IMG/VR virus record: IMGVR_UViG_3300020176_000010
Span: 17,141 to 81,140 of that record
DNA length: 64,000 nt
Source: a virus
Strand: one strand, 5' to 3'
The notes under the pieces are model-generated. The model was not told the DNA's origin. It saw only the letters and a list, made by a program, of their open reading frames with translations, and did no database searches. Position numbers and translations under genes: made by a program. Numbering within the stretch: position 1 is the stretch's first letter; each line of letters begins with the position of its first letter. Shown piece after piece: positions 17,939 through 28,816 of the stretch.

Positions 17939-18864
17939 TTCGATGACCCTTCTGCATCAATGACAATCCCAAGCTCCTGGCGGCGCTTCAGCACCGCCGC
18001 GCGGATGCGGTCGTACGCGCCCTTGTCGCGCGCCTCGCTTGCGGCTGTAAGGCCCTCCTTGCGGATGGCGTCGATCTCCTTGCCGCTCTCTGCGCCGTCG
18101 AGTCGAGCAAGAATGTTGCCGACATTGAATGCTGGCCGATCCGGCTCGATGACCTGCTCGGACGCGAAGTCGATACCCTCTCCGCCGTCGGTGTTGAGGT
18201 GGTGCACAGCCTTGTCCAGGCGCTCGGTCTTTGGCCACATCTTTGATGCGCGCTTCACCAGCGTCTTCTTCACCATCTCGCTGTAGTCCGTCACCCATGG
18301 GCATGGACGCTTCTTTGCGATCCAGGCCTGCCACGCATCAGACCGATCGCGGATGGCATTGACCTCGTCGATGGACATGGTGTCTGTGAGGTAGTCGCCG
18401 TCAGCGGTCTTTGCCACGCAGTACACGCCAACGATGTCGCCGCGATCTTTGGCGAACGGGTCGAACTCATGGACCGGCGGCTTGTCGACGCCCTTCAGAA
18501 TCAGGCGGTCCGCCTGACGAACAACCTCGCACTTCACCCAGCGGATAGACCCGCTCTCGACAGCCAGGTCGGCAAGCCCCATGTAGGAGATCACGAGCGT
18601 GATTCCACCCTTTCGCGGCACCAGGTAGGCTTGCTTCTTTGCAGGGTTCAGCGAGATACCGATGGCAGCGACATTAATCACCGCATCGCGCACCGACTGC
18701 GGGTTCTTCAGCGCGATCTGGCGCGCATAGTCGTTGCTGTAGATGGACTGCAGCGCAAACTCCTGCTCGCGCGCAAACTCGATTGTCTTGTCGACGCGGA
18801 CCCTTTCGAATACCGGCGCGGCAGAGTCGATGATCGACTCGATCGTCATTACTTCGTTGCTCAT
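17935..18864 (-). CDS. recT: RecT-family single-strand annealing protein
   Basis: GISLNPAKKQAYLVP..ISYMGL..PWVTDYSEMVKKTLVKRASKMWP. Confidence 0.92.
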   Translation of the reverse strand: MSNEVMTIESIIDSAAPVFERVRVDKTIEFAREQEFALQSIYSNDYARQIALKNPQSVRDAVINVAAIGISLNPAKKQAYLVPRKGGITLVISYMGLADLAVESGSIRWVKCEVVRQADRLILKGVDKPPVHEFDPFAKDRGDIVGVYCVAKTADGDYLTDTMSIDEVNAIRDRSDAWQAWIAKKRPCPWVTDYSEMVKKTLVKRASKMWPKTERLDKAVHHLNTDGGEGIDFASEQVIEPDRPAFNVGNILARLDGAESGKEIDAIRKEGLTAASEARDKGAYDRIRAAVLKRRQELGIVIDAEGSSK

Positions 18865-18880
18865 GGATTGCTCCGCTTTC

Positions 18881-20119
18881 TCAGAATGGAACTTGCATGT
18901 CGACGCTCAGCTTTCGCAGGTCCATCGACATGAGCCAATCGAGGGCAACCGCCTCCGACACCTTGTAGGCATTAGCCATTACGCGAAGGATGTCTGCGTC
19001 GGATGGGCGGCCTGGCAACTCAGCCGCTGGATCCGAATCAACGGTCTCGCGCACAGGCTGGTCGACAGCCTGCTCAACCGCGTGCGATGGCTTTGCTGAC
19101 TCCTCGGCAGCCTTTTGTGCGCGCCCAGCCTCTTCGGCCTCGGCGCGCTTGCGCTCGCGCAGCTCGACCTCCTGCTTGCGGACGGCCTCGCGCTCTGCAT
19201 TCAAGCGATCCTGCTCTTCGCGCAGCACGCGCTCAGCCTCGGCGCGCTCTGCTGCGAATGCGTCCTGTTGAGCCTTCAGCTGGGCGGCCGCGTCGGCGGC
19301 ATCGCGCGCAGCCTTGTCTGCTGCTTGGCGGCGCTGCTCTTCTGCCAAGATCTGCGCGTTGCGCGCCTCTTCCTCTTGCCGCTGGCGCGCCTCATCCAGT
19401 TCGCGCTGCTGGGCGGCGATGCGCTCGCGCTCTGCCGCGGCCAGCGCTTCCTGCTCTGCGCGGGCTTCTTCGATGGCCTTGCGCTCTGCATCGAGTCGGG
19501 CGGCCTCCTGCTCGCGGCCGAGCACAGAGTCGCGCACCTCCGTGAGCTTGACCTTCATCTGGTCAACCAGCGCAACAGCCTCTTCCAGAAACTCTGCGAA
19601 GCGCTCCTCGTTGATTGGCATGGCTCCGAGGTCTGCAATGACCGCAGAGATCTGGGCACTGTTCATGTTAATGACGGCGAGCGGCAGGCCTGCAATCACG
19701 GCGATGCGGTCGCGGATGGTCTTCACACGCGCAGCCTCGGCCTCTGCTTTGGCTTTTCGCTCCGCTTCGCGCCGAGCCTCGTCTGCAACGATCTGCTCAT
19801 CGATCGGCTTCTCGAGTTTTTCGACTTCGTCCTTGATGAACTTAACCTTTTCGCGAGCCAGGCGCTGCTGCTCTAGCACAGGCTTGTTCCACTCGGAGTA
19901 GGCCTTATCGGCGCTTGTGCGAATGCGGACAAGTTCGGCGCGAGCTTGGCGCGCCTCTTTGTCGCCCTTGGTGGTGGTCAGGTCGAACACCGCGTTCTGG
20001 TACTTTGTGCGTGCGTCGTTGAGGATGGTCTCGATTGGATCGAGAACGGTCAGCGCGCCCTTGAAAGAAACCACTTCTTCCGCCGACTGCTCGCCGGCGG
20101 GTGCTGCTTCAGATGTCAT
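18881..20119 (-). CDS. Long coiled-coil protein upstream of recT
   Basis: FDLTTTKGDKEARQARAELVRIRT..LEKPIDEQI followed by A/E/R-rich heptads. Confidence 0.8.
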   Translation of the reverse strand: MTSEAAPAGEQSAEEVVSFKGALTVLDPIETILNDARTKYQNAVFDLTTTKGDKEARQARAELVRIRTSADKAYSEWNKPVLEQQRLAREKVKFIKDEVEKLEKPIDEQIVADEARREAERKAKAEAEAARVKTIRDRIAVIAGLPLAVINMNSAQISAVIADLGAMPINEERFAEFLEEAVALVDQMKVKLTEVRDSVLGREQEAARLDAERKAIEEARAEQEALAAAERERIAAQQRELDEARQRQEEEARNAQILAEEQRRQAADKAARDAADAAAQLKAQQDAFAAERAEAERVLREEQDRLNAEREAVRKQEVELRERKRAEAEEAGRAQKAAEESAKPSHAVEQAVDQPVRETVDSDPAAELPGRPSDADILRVMANAYKVSEAVALDWLMSMDLRKLSVDMQVPF

Positions 20120-20213
20120 TTGATCTCCTGTTAACCGATGCGTGTCGGCAGGAGAAATTATAGCGGCAGTTGTTGGTGACACAACAAAAAGTTGCGCCAC
20201 CGTCGCAAAAAAA

Positions 20214-21026
20214 TCACACAGCCACCGGCATGGGAACGAAATCCCGAGGCGTGTACCCGACGATGCGGAAGTCGTCGATGGTGTACCCGTCGATGTCCGT
20301 GTTGTCCGTCAGGATCTCGAGCTGGGCTCTATCGCCCCACACGGGCCCGGCCTCCACAACCTTGCGCATCTGCTCGACGTGGTTCAAGTAGATGTGCGCG
20401 TCGCCGTAGTTGAACACCAGGCGGCGCGGCTTTCGACCTGTGGCGCGAGCATAGAGATGTAGGAGTAGGGCGTACGCGCTTATGTTGAATGGAGCCCCAA
20501 GGGCGATGTCCCAGCTGCGCTGGTAGACCTGCATGTCGAGCCACTCGTCTCCGCCTGCGTAGCACTGGTGCCAGGCATGGCATGGGGGTAGGGCCATGTA
20601 CGGAATCTCCGATACGTGCCACGCTGTTACGATGTGCCGCCTTCCATGCGGGTCTTTCTTGATGCCGTCGATCAGCCCGGCAACCTGATCAATCTCCTCT
20701 CCGCGCGGCCCGACAAAGCACCTCCAGACGGAGCCATAGACTGGCCCAAGGTCTCCACCCTTGTTGGCCCATGGAGTCCACAGCTTGCTTCCGCGATCCT
20801 CGAGCCACTTGACATTTGTCTGCCCAGCCAAGAAGAAAAGCATTTCAAGAAACGCTGTGCGCCACCGCGTCTCCTTTGCCGTCACCAGCGGGAAGCGATG
20901 GCGCAAATCCCACTCAATGCTGCCACCAAAGATGCTGAGCGTGCCGACGCCTGTGCGATCTTTCCGCTCCTCGCCGGTCATGAGGATATTCTGTGCGAGC
21001 TCAATGTAATTCTGCATATCGTCCAA
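20214..21026 (-). CDS. thyA: Thymidylate synthase
   Basis: DRTGVGT..DLGPVYG..ALPPCH..YQRSWD..PFN..GDAHIYLNH. Confidence 0.97.
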   Translation of the reverse strand: MDDMQNYIELAQNILMTGEERKDRTGVGTLSIFGGSIEWDLRHRFPLVTAKETRWRTAFLEMLFFLAGQTNVKWLEDRGSKLWTPWANKGGDLGPVYGSVWRCFVGPRGEEIDQVAGLIDGIKKDPHGRRHIVTAWHVSEIPYMALPPCHAWHQCYAGGDEWLDMQVYQRSWDIALGAPFNISAYALLLHLYARATGRKPRRLVFNYGDAHIYLNHVEQMRKVVEAGPVWGDRAQLEILTDNTDIDGYTIDDFRIVGYTPRDFVPMPVAV

Positions 21027-21055
21027 TCAGCTGTTGTTGCAATAAATTCTATTCG

Positions 21056-21529
21056 TTAATTGGCCATCGGCCTGGTTGGCTTGAACCATGCTGGGTCCAT
21101 CCACCCCCCGCCACCGCCGGGAACGTCGGGGTGCACCTTGATAAGCACACCCGTGTACGATACCTGCACCTTGCGCAGCTGCCCCGGCGGCGCCTTGCCG
21201 AGCTCGAAGTCTGGCTGGCGGTGTGTGACGGTGTGCTGCGTCACGCGGCCTGAGAACCTAGTGAACACCTCATCGCCAACAGCAATGGCCCGTGCAGCAT
21301 CGCGGTTGCACCCCATCCACTGAGGGCTGTCGTCCCAGGCGCCAACAGCACCAGATGGCTTGTACATGACGACTCCTGCTGCCGACTGGATCCACAAGCG
21401 CCAGTGCTTTCGCTCGCCGGCGGCGGCAAGCTCGGCGGCCCTCTCGGAGCTTGGCGCAACGATGGTCATGATGTCCCAGCCAGCCGCGCCGCTCCATGGG
21501 TGGCCAGCGTTGCGCTCTACGGTTATCAC
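21056..21529 (-). CDS. Hypothetical protein
   Basis: GTGA overlap with the upstream stop. Confidence 0.55.
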   Translation of the reverse strand: MITVERNAGHPWSGAAGWDIMTIVAPSSERAAELAAAGERKHWRLWIQSAAGVVMYKPSGAVGAWDDSPQWMGCNRDAARAIAVGDEVFTRFSGRVTQHTVTHRQPDFELGKAPPGQLRKVQVSYTGVLIKVHPDVPGGGGGWMDPAWFKPTRPMAN

Positions 21530-21738
21530 AGCCTGCCCTTGCTCTCTGCTGTCATGCGGCCCTTCACACTCTTTGGAATGACGGGCTTCTTCGACCAGCA
21601 GAGCGCGCCATCGTACCAAGGCATCACCGCCAGCCGGCCGCCCTCGGTGACGACCAGTAGCTCACCGCTTGGCGGCGGCTCGATGGCTGGGTCTTTCATG
21701 ACCCAGTCCTTGTTCGTTGGGTGCTGTGGATCTGACAT
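21526..21738 (-). CDS. Hypothetical protein
   Basis: RBS AGGAG; 70 aa. Confidence 0.65.
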   Translation of the reverse strand: MSDPQHPTNKDWVMKDPAIEPPPSGELLVVTEGGRLAVMPWYDGALCWSKKPVIPKSVKGRMTAESKGRL

Positions 21739-21762
21739 TGTTTTAACTCCTTTTATTTACAC

Positions 21763-21987
21763 TTATCGCTGGTTGTTGCTATTAGTTTTGACGTCCTTGA
21801 ACGATCGCCTTGGGTAACCCTGGGCCGAGATTCGGCTCCAGATTTCATCCTTCTTGGTCCGGTCCAACTGGTTCCAGTTGGCCACCTCGAGGTAGTGCCT
21901 CCCGCAGGCGCGACAGTTCTCGTCATAGAGCGTCGTGCACACACCAACGCAAGGGCTGTCAGGACGCTCCGCATTCGATGTGGTCAC
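21763..21987 (-). CDS. DUF1289-like Cys-rich protein
   Basis: SPCVGVC..CRACGRHYLEVANW. Confidence 0.8.
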   Translation of the reverse strand: MTTSNAERPDSPCVGVCTTLYDENCRACGRHYLEVANWNQLDRTKKDEIWSRISAQGYPRRSFKDVKTNSNNQR

Positions 21988-23635
21988 CGGGCTTCCCTTT
22001 TGCAGTATTCGCAGGAGATTACGCCAAAGCGCAGAGGGGCTCCGCAGCCTTCGCAACACGAGAAAATTCCACCTCGACGCAATGCGCCGCTGGTGGTGTC
22101 ATTCCCTCTTTCTTGCGTATAACCCGCAATCACCCTCTTCACCTCGTGCGATTTAACAGCAGACACCGCTGCCGCTGCCGCTGCCGCAGTCGAAATGGCC
22201 GCCATGATTATTGGCCTTCGCCATCTTCCGTCTTGCGCTCACGCATCTTGCGCGCGGCGACGGCGCCACTGAGCACATCGTTCGCATACTCCAGGATGGC
22301 CATCGGCCGGTACTCCTGAGTCTCGCCGCCGTCAGCGTCTGGGGGCATGCGCTTTATTGGCAGCGGGAAGCCTTTGCGCTCCCAGTCTGGCTCGTGGCGA
22401 ACGGTGATTGTCCGTTGCTCGATCAGTGCCTCTGTCGCCTGTCGCGCGAGCGTTTGAATGTCTGCTGTCATGCTGCTGGATCCTTCCCCGTTGAATGAAT
22501 GATCGGCACCAGGGTGCCTTTGTCCGTCAGTTGGCTACCCCACTCGTGCGCATAACCATGCTTGATGAGCCCCTTCGCGATGCGGTCGACAGACCCTCGC
22601 CTCAGGCTCAGCCGCTCCGCCAGCTCTGCGCGCGTGGCAGGCAGTGCCGCCTGCGCCTTGCTTATGGTCTCTGGAGTCATGTATTTTCTCCAAGCCTTGC
22701 TTTGGCTGCGGCAACTGCCGCCGACCGCTTGATGACAAAGGCTTCCGGCTTCCAGGCGAAGGTGGCATCTGTGTGCGGAGAGGACTGCTCAAGAGCATCC
22801 AGAAGCTGCCGAATCAGCGCATCGTCCTGCTTGCGCGCAGCCTCAAGAATTGCGATTGACTGGTACGCAAAAGCTAATTTTCCGGTCGGTTTACCCAGCG
22901 CCATGCTGGCCTCCTACCGGCCTGATGGATAAGCATTGCCCCGCATCTGTGTTCTTGTAAGCAGCCCACCATTTGTTGGCGCAGTCATTGCAGAAGGTTG
23001 CCGACTGAGGTCCCTTGCTTGTGGGCCATTTAAAATTCTGAGTTGCCAGCTTTTCGCACTGGCTGCATTTTTCATCCATGCTGACCTCCTTTGATGCCGT
23101 GTTCGGCTTCTGTTGTGCGAAGCAGCCGCAGCATGTCGTCCTTTTCTTGATCGTCTAGCGACCACCCCATGGAGTCGATGAGCGCATATGCCTTGCAATC
23201 CGGCAGCGGCTCCCTCGCAGCTGGCTGCGTGACGCCCCGAACAAAGGCCATCGCATCCAAGATGGCGGAGTAGGCATCTGGGTGTTGCGACTCGTCAATA
23301 AAGCCGCTGCCCTCAAGGATCTTTGAGAGGTTGTGTAGACTCCAGTAGAGGTCTTCGCTTGACTCCCGTGCAACTGGCTGACTTGCCATCAACCTTGCGT
23401 TCTCATTCTCCAGCCGCGCAATCTCTGTTCGCAGCAAACAATAGCCGCTCATGTCTTCATGGGGGTGGCTGCGGGTGCAATCTGCTGGCTGTGATGCGCC
23501 CCACTTTTCGAGGGCTGCGCGGGCGAATTCCACTTCACCCTCAAACCAAACTTCACCTGAGCTGAATTGTGCAAAGGCTTTTAAGTGTTGTTGCGCCAGC
23601 GCCAGAATCTCCGCATCGCTCGGTGTGTTGCTCAT
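21984..23635 (-). CDS. Run of six small coupled hypothetical genes (21984-22205, 22208-22471, 22468-22680 HTH-like, 22677-22904, 22891-23079, 23072-23635)
   Basis: Consecutive minus-strand ORFs with overlapping or abutting start/stop codons. Confidence 0.6.
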
Positions 23636-24141
23636 GGTGTGTCTCCTGTGTGTAAAGGAGAGTATGGAGAGTATTCACCTTTTATCCTTATGGATGCCTC
23701 CCTGTAGCGCTCCCACGCGGCTTCCGGTGTTTTGAACGTTCCCAAGTGAATCACCTTTCTGCAGTGACTAATAGTGGCTTTGTATTTGCCATTAGCCAAC
23801 CTAGAAACTCCGCGAAAACCACTTTGGCTTTTTGTCTTCACAATGTTTGCACTGTTCTGGCTGCAATTTGAAGGCCTCAAGTTGCAAATGCGGTTATCCA
23901 GCCTGTTTCTATTTATGTGGTCTAAAAACATGGGTGGCTTCTCCCCATAAAAAATCATCCACGCGACACGATGTACTAAATAGGTTTTCCCATGGCATAT
24001 GACCTTTCTGTATCCGTGTCGATCGAAGCTGCCAGCGACTATTCCCTTTTTGTTGTGGCCTCGCTGAATACGCCATCTAAGCTCGCCACTTTCAGGGTCG
24101 TAAACAAAGCAGGAGCGCAAGAGTTCAATCTCGTCCGTCAT
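23632..24141 (-). CDS. HNH-AP2 homing endonuclease
   Basis: [51 protein letters not shown]; lower GC than flanks. Confidence 0.92.
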   Translation of the reverse strand: MTDEIELLRSCFVYDPESGELRWRIQRGHNKKGIVAGSFDRHGYRKVICHGKTYLVHRVAWMIFYGEKPPMFLDHINRNRLDNRICNLRPSNCSQNSANIVKTKSQSGFRGVSRLANGKYKATISHCRKVIHLGTFKTPEAAWERYREASIRIKGEYSPYSPLHTGDTP

Positions 24142-25514
24142 ATTCCTCCCTGTGCGGCTAGAGCTGCGTCGATGGCAGCATCCCATTCGCACCCGCACAA
24201 ATTCACAGCAACGTACCATGCTGCGCCGTGTTTTGCGTCATTACCTTCGCGCAGCCACCGATACCGCGCAGCATCCTTCGCGTCATCACTCAGCGGCTCA
24301 GGCGCTCGCTGGGGTGCTGCTTGTTGTTTACCGATGGCTTCAGCGGCCATAACCGCAGCTTTGATCGTTGCGTTTACACAGATCAAGTCGTGAAAACGCT
24401 GAATTGCTGCGTGTAGGTCTCCGACCCTGCTAGCAGGGCCAATGAGACCAACGCTTTCCGCAAGCTCCATCGTCTTTTTGACAACGGTAGTAGGCTCCTG
24501 CGCCTCCTGCTGGGGTGCTGCCTCAGCTTCCATCAAAGCCCTTTTGAGCAGCGCAATCTCTGCCTCGCGGGATGCCAAAACACCACGCACAGAAAGCAGC
24601 ATTGCGCTCAGGGATGCCTTTTCATCGTGTGCCCAACGAGCGGCTTGAACAAACTTGCGCACAGCCTCACCGCTGACAGTCTTGCCACTCAAAAAGTCTG
24701 CGGCAGTCTTGTGGTCAAAGCCGCTATTCCCCACCCCTGGCGCTGCCTCGGGTGCGGCTTGCTGCTCTGCTTGTGTGTGTAATGCTGCACAAAGCTGCAT
24801 ACCGTTCACCGCCTCAATTGCGGCAGCCCACACGGTTCGAGGATCGGGGTTCCCCTTGTACGGGCACCAATCGTCAAACATTTGCTGTTCTTCAAGTGGC
24901 GAGATAGTCAACGGCTCCCCTGGCGCTGCCTTGGGGGCGGCTTGCTCCATGCGCAGTGCATGGGTGCGGTCTGTGAAGTTGCGGGCTTGTTCGGTGGTGT
25001 AAAGCGTGCGCTTTGGGTGCATCGACGCATGGAATGACTGGTGCGATGGCTCCACCCGCCACCCAACGATTGCGTCTCCGTGTTCGCATGCTTTGAGCTC
25101 CGCAATCTGGTGGGTAGTTGGCTCAGGCAGCTCCGCATAAACCGCGCCGGATTCGGATGTGATAGCTGACTTCTCTGCCTGCGCCACCTCGACAAGCTCC
25201 AGCGCTGCGGCCGGGTATATCTGAACGGAGCCGCGCTCCGTGTTGCTCTCCACTGCATAACCTTCAGGTGCGAGGGCGGTGGAGTACGTGCCAACGACGC
25301 GCCCTGTCCACTGGCTGCCCTTGACCTTGGTGACCAGGACGCCAACTTTGAACTTGGCTGCTGGCGCTGCGCTGAGCGCATGCACACCGCTCAATGCCTT
25401 GATCACTGCCTTGCGCGCCGCCTCGGTCTTGGCGTTGTAGGTCGCGCATCCGCAGCGGTGCCGCGTCTCTGCGTATTCGTCGATCAGCTCGATCAGCGTC
25501 TTGGTGTTGCTCAT
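24138..25514 (-). CDS. Modular phage protein containing a DfrB (R67, type II DHFR) SH3-like domain
   Basis: [52 protein letters not shown] at about 25195-25355; C-terminal [10 protein letters not shown] module. Confidence 0.88.
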   Translation of the reverse strand: MSNTKTLIELIDEYAETRHRCGCATYNAKTEAARKAVIKALSGVHALSAAPAAKFKVGVLVTKVKGSQWTGRVVGTYSTALAPEGYAVESNTERGSVQIYPAAALELVEVAQAEKSAITSESGAVYAELPEPTTHQIAELKACEHGDAIVGWRVEPSHQSFHASMHPKRTLYTTEQARNFTDRTHALRMEQAAPKAAPGEPLTISPLEEQQMFDDWCPYKGNPDPRTVWAAAIEAVNGMQLCAALHTQAEQQAAPEAAPGVGNSGFDHKTAADFLSGKTVSGEAVRKFVQAARWAHDEKASLSAMLLSVRGVLASREAEIALLKRALMEAEAAPQQEAQEPTTVVKKTMELAESVGLIGPASRVGDLHAAIQRFHDLICVNATIKAAVMAAEAIGKQQAAPQRAPEPLSDDAKDAARYRWLREGNDAKHGAAWYVAVNLCGCEWDAAIDAALAAQGGI

Positions 25515-26729
25515 TGCAAGCCGCCTTCCGTATCGTCCGCCGGAAGGCGCTTCACTGAAATCGCGCCACCAAGCTCCTCGGCCGGTATGAACTCACCGGA
25601 CTCGAGGGCGACCCCGGGGCGAAACGCAGGCGCCTTAGCGCCAACGCGCTCGAGTGATTCGATAGCCGGTCCAAGCAGGCCCTCCGCAATGCGTTTGGCG
25701 CTTGCTGTGTCGCGCACCTGTCCGCCGATCATTTGCGCATACAGGTGCCGCAGGTTTGCGACAGCTGCGCTGCTTGTTGTGGCATTAGCCATTCTTCTTC
25801 TCCTTGCTTGCGCCCGTGGCGCTCAATGCGAATACATAGTTGCTGTGGCTGTCTATGCCTGACGGCCGAAGGGTTCCGTCGGTCGCCAGGCGCTTTGCCT
25901 CACTCTGGTCGACGGGTAGCTGCTCGCTGTTTTTGACCAGGAAGAAGGTCTGGCTGCGCGCCCCGAACTTGAGCACGCCGCCATCGCGCAGCGCTGGCAG
26001 GATCTTGATGCTGCCTGCCGTCATCACACGCCACCCAGCGATGCGATGAGCTTTTCAACCCTCTCACCCACGTTGTCACGCATGTACGCGAACAGCGCTC
26101 GGTTTTGCTCAGCCAGCTTGCGCACCTCTCCGGTCAGCTCTTCAATGCGCTCCTCGAGAACATCCAGGCATTGCGGAGAATGCTCCTGCTGCCGCTGTGG
26201 ATTTTCGTTCTCGCGCTTCTGGAGCGCTGCACGGATTGCATTTCGCGCAGCCTCTGGCTCGTACAGCCGCATGAGACCCCGGCCATACGGAACTGAGTGC
26301 ACCGGCGCAATGCCAGCCTCGTCGAGAATCTTGTTTGCCTGCGCGTTGAATATGCCGAACTCCCTGGCGAGCTGCCCTGGGTTCATGAGGTCTGTCGTCT
26401 TTGTGCTGCTTGCCGCCTGGTTCATTTAAATCTCCCGCATGCAATCAGATGTCCGTAGCGTGCGAGCGGTGAAGGCGGTGACCTTCCTTGAACTCGCAGC
26501 ATGCAGGGAACTGCCGGCCGGTGAATTGGTTGTGAGACACGCACCCGTGGATCGTATTGCAGGATGGGCAGCACCATGTTCCGCCAACGAGGCGCGAATC
26601 CAGGCACTCGTAGGTGTGCACTCGGTTGTGTGCCAGGGCAGTCTTGAAAGACTTGCGCTTGGCCGCGGCACGGCGCCATTTGTGCCATGCTGCCGTGATG
26701 AAAAGAATCGGGATGTCCAGCAATTTCAA
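25511..26729 (-). CDS. Four small hypothetical genes (25511-25792, 25785-26027, 26024-26425 possible HTH plus coiled coil, 26445-26729 Cys/His-rich)
   Basis: Coupled ORFs downstream of the promoter at 26751-26779. Confidence 0.6.
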
Positions 26730-26802
26730 CTCCTTGTTGTTGATGATTCAATTATAGGAGGAAATGTTGGCATCGCAACAGAAAGTGTGTGCGGCAGGCA
26801 AC

Positions 26803-26826
26803 AAAAAGCCCGGACTTGCCGGGCTT
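26803..26826 (-). terminator. Rho-independent terminator
   Basis: Minus strand AAGCCCGG-CAAGT-CCGGGCTT followed by TTTG. Confidence 0.8.
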
Positions 26827-26955
26827 AGTGTCTTTGACGTAGTTTGTGCTGCAGTATTAACGATTCATAGGCATTGCTCCTTGGGGTGCTGATGATGGTC
26901 GCTTCAAATAAAGAAGCTCCATTCTCTACAGCTCAAGACCCGTGTCAATAGGGGT

Positions 26956-27706
26956 TGATGGCGGCCGGCGCTGAACTCCGGCATCTCTTAGACGAACGGC
27001 CCATTTGGGCCATACCCGGGCCAGTTTCCGGGATCTCCCCATGCGGGGAATCTTTACTGGAGAAGCCCTTTTGTATCAGGGGCGCATCAGCCTGCGGATT
27101 CACCATCATTGAAGCGGGCCGGACGGCCATTCCCGGCTATGACACTGTTTGACGTGCCTCACAAGCCATGCCTCCCGCGCTTTCGCGCCGCCTGGAGCAT
27201 GAACTCCAATTCTTCCCCGGGTATCGACTACCGGCTTCTCGGCTGTTTTGCGACCCCGTTGCAGGTTTCCCGCACTTCGTCGCGTCCGCTTCAATGATGG
27301 CCCTCGTCTTTCCGAGGCGTCTCCTGCCGCGAGTGCACCAGCCGAAGCCGAGGCGTCGCTAAGTTGCAAGCATCGTGGTCAGGACACCACCAGCGTCACA
27401 GGTGCAACTCCCGCTGACCGTTATCCACTCTATGTTTCAGGTCAGAAAGCCAAACCCCTTTCGGGTTGTGGAGGCTGGATTCACCATCGTGGCGGAGCAC
27501 TGCCCGACGGGTTGCAAGCAGGCCAGGCTGCAAGAACCCACAATGCTCCGACACGATGGCTCTGCTTTCGCAGAAATCGTGGCGGTGTTTTTCAATCCAC
27601 CGCTGCCCCAGATGCTTGGGCCTTATCGCCGTGCTCGCCCGTTTTCTGGCACTTCGTCTTCGGTACTCGCCGAGCTTTCCCTACTGGCTTCGCCATACTT
27701 CCACGA
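26956..27706 (-). ncRNA. Tandem array of structured, tRNA-like RNA units
   Basis: No credible CDS; four units, each with a closing stem stacked on a 3' 5-bp hairpin, plus a long hairpin (see findings). Confidence 0.6.
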
Positions 27707-27737
27707 CGGTCCGCACTCTTTTGCGCTCCGCCGCCAG

Positions 27738-28367
27738 TTAGGCGGCAATGCGATCATCACTCATCCTTGGCATGTGAGCGTGGTAGTTGCTCAGTATTGC
27801 CAGCTCGTTTGCATAGAAGCTCCTACGCCTCTCTACAAAGATGCCCTCATCGTGGTTTGACAAGCGGCCGGATTTTCCACTTACTCCAATAATGTCTATC
27901 AGCTTCGACTCAAGCATCAATGCTTCGAGCTCTGTGAGCCCATCCCTCATGATGACGGGCACAACCCTGTGGCCAGAATCCTGAATTCTCTGCTTCACCT
28001 TTCTGTGGAGGCCATTTCTGTTCATGTTGAGCGCCCTATCTCCAGCCCCCTTGCCTATGTAAAATGGGTTGAACTCGGCCCCAAGCGATGCCAAGAATGT
28101 TGAAACTGGGTGCGCTCCTGCACGTATCGGCTTCGATGAATCGCAGTGTGCATACACGTAGAACTTACGCTCATCTGATAGTCGAACGGACTCGTATATC
28201 GAGCTGATGTCACAGTCCCAGATTGCGTTCGCAGCCTCAAACTTCCTCTTGTAGTCTTTATTCTTGCTTACCGGGCGAAGACATCCGGCCGCAGATTTCA
28301 GCTGGTTAATTGCCCGCACGATTGAGTCCAGGTCATCAAGGTCTACTGAGAAATTCTTGATCTTCAT
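27738..28367 (-). CDS. GIY-YIG-type endonuclease
   Basis: FYVYAH..PFYIGKGAGDRA..EALMLESKLI..LSNHDEG. Confidence 0.8.
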   Translation of the reverse strand: MKIKNFSVDLDDLDSIVRAINQLKSAAGCLRPVSKNKDYKRKFEAANAIWDCDISSIYESVRLSDERKFYVYAHCDSSKPIRAGAHPVSTFLASLGAEFNPFYIGKGAGDRALNMNRNGLHRKVKQRIQDSGHRVVPVIMRDGLTELEALMLESKLIDIIGVSGKSGRLSNHDEGIFVERRRSFYANELAILSNYHAHMPRMSDDRIAA

Positions 28368-28739
28368 GCTGCTACTTCGATCACGGAATCGGGCTCTCGC
28401 GAACCGGATTTCGTGATGCACATCTTGCGATGTGCGCCACGGCTGCCGACGCATGTAGGGATGCAGCGCTCCCCAGGAGATCCCCACCTCTCGGTGGCCG
28501 GATGCGTCTACCGGTGTGGACTGATCAAAGTATAGCCGCAGCTGCAACAAAAAACGCGCCAGCAAAACATTTTTATGTGAACTTGTTGCAAAGACGCACT
28601 GCCGTCGCAGCCATTTGGCTCGAGCTCTCGACAAGCGGCCAGCCGTCGGTGCATGCGCCGCGGCAACAAGGATCACTCAGCGCAGCCGAATTGCCCAGCC
28701 AATCCGCACACCCGTGGCCATAATACAACACAACAAACC

Positions 28740-28769
28740 GTTGGCGCGGCAACAATTACAAAATACAAT
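28740..28769 (+). promoter_or_regulatory. Rightward early promoter overlapped by a GTTG-N6-CAAC palindrome
   Basis: TTGGCG-17 bp-TACAAT; GTTGGCGCGGCAAC at 28740-28753. Confidence 0.7.
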
Positions 28770-28816
28770 GCCTACTGCGCTGCAGGCGTGCAGTGCATTT
28801 GCAACAAGGAGTATTC

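Noticed and set aside
20214-21026. dCMP/dUMP hydroxymethylase indicating modified DNA
   Set aside because: The dUMP-specifying Asn (PFN) and other ThyA motifs are canonical.
26956-27706. Canonical tRNA genes, tmRNA or CRISPR array
   Set aside because: No proper D/anticodon arms with TTCGA T-loop and CCA, no tag frame recognised, no identical direct repeats.
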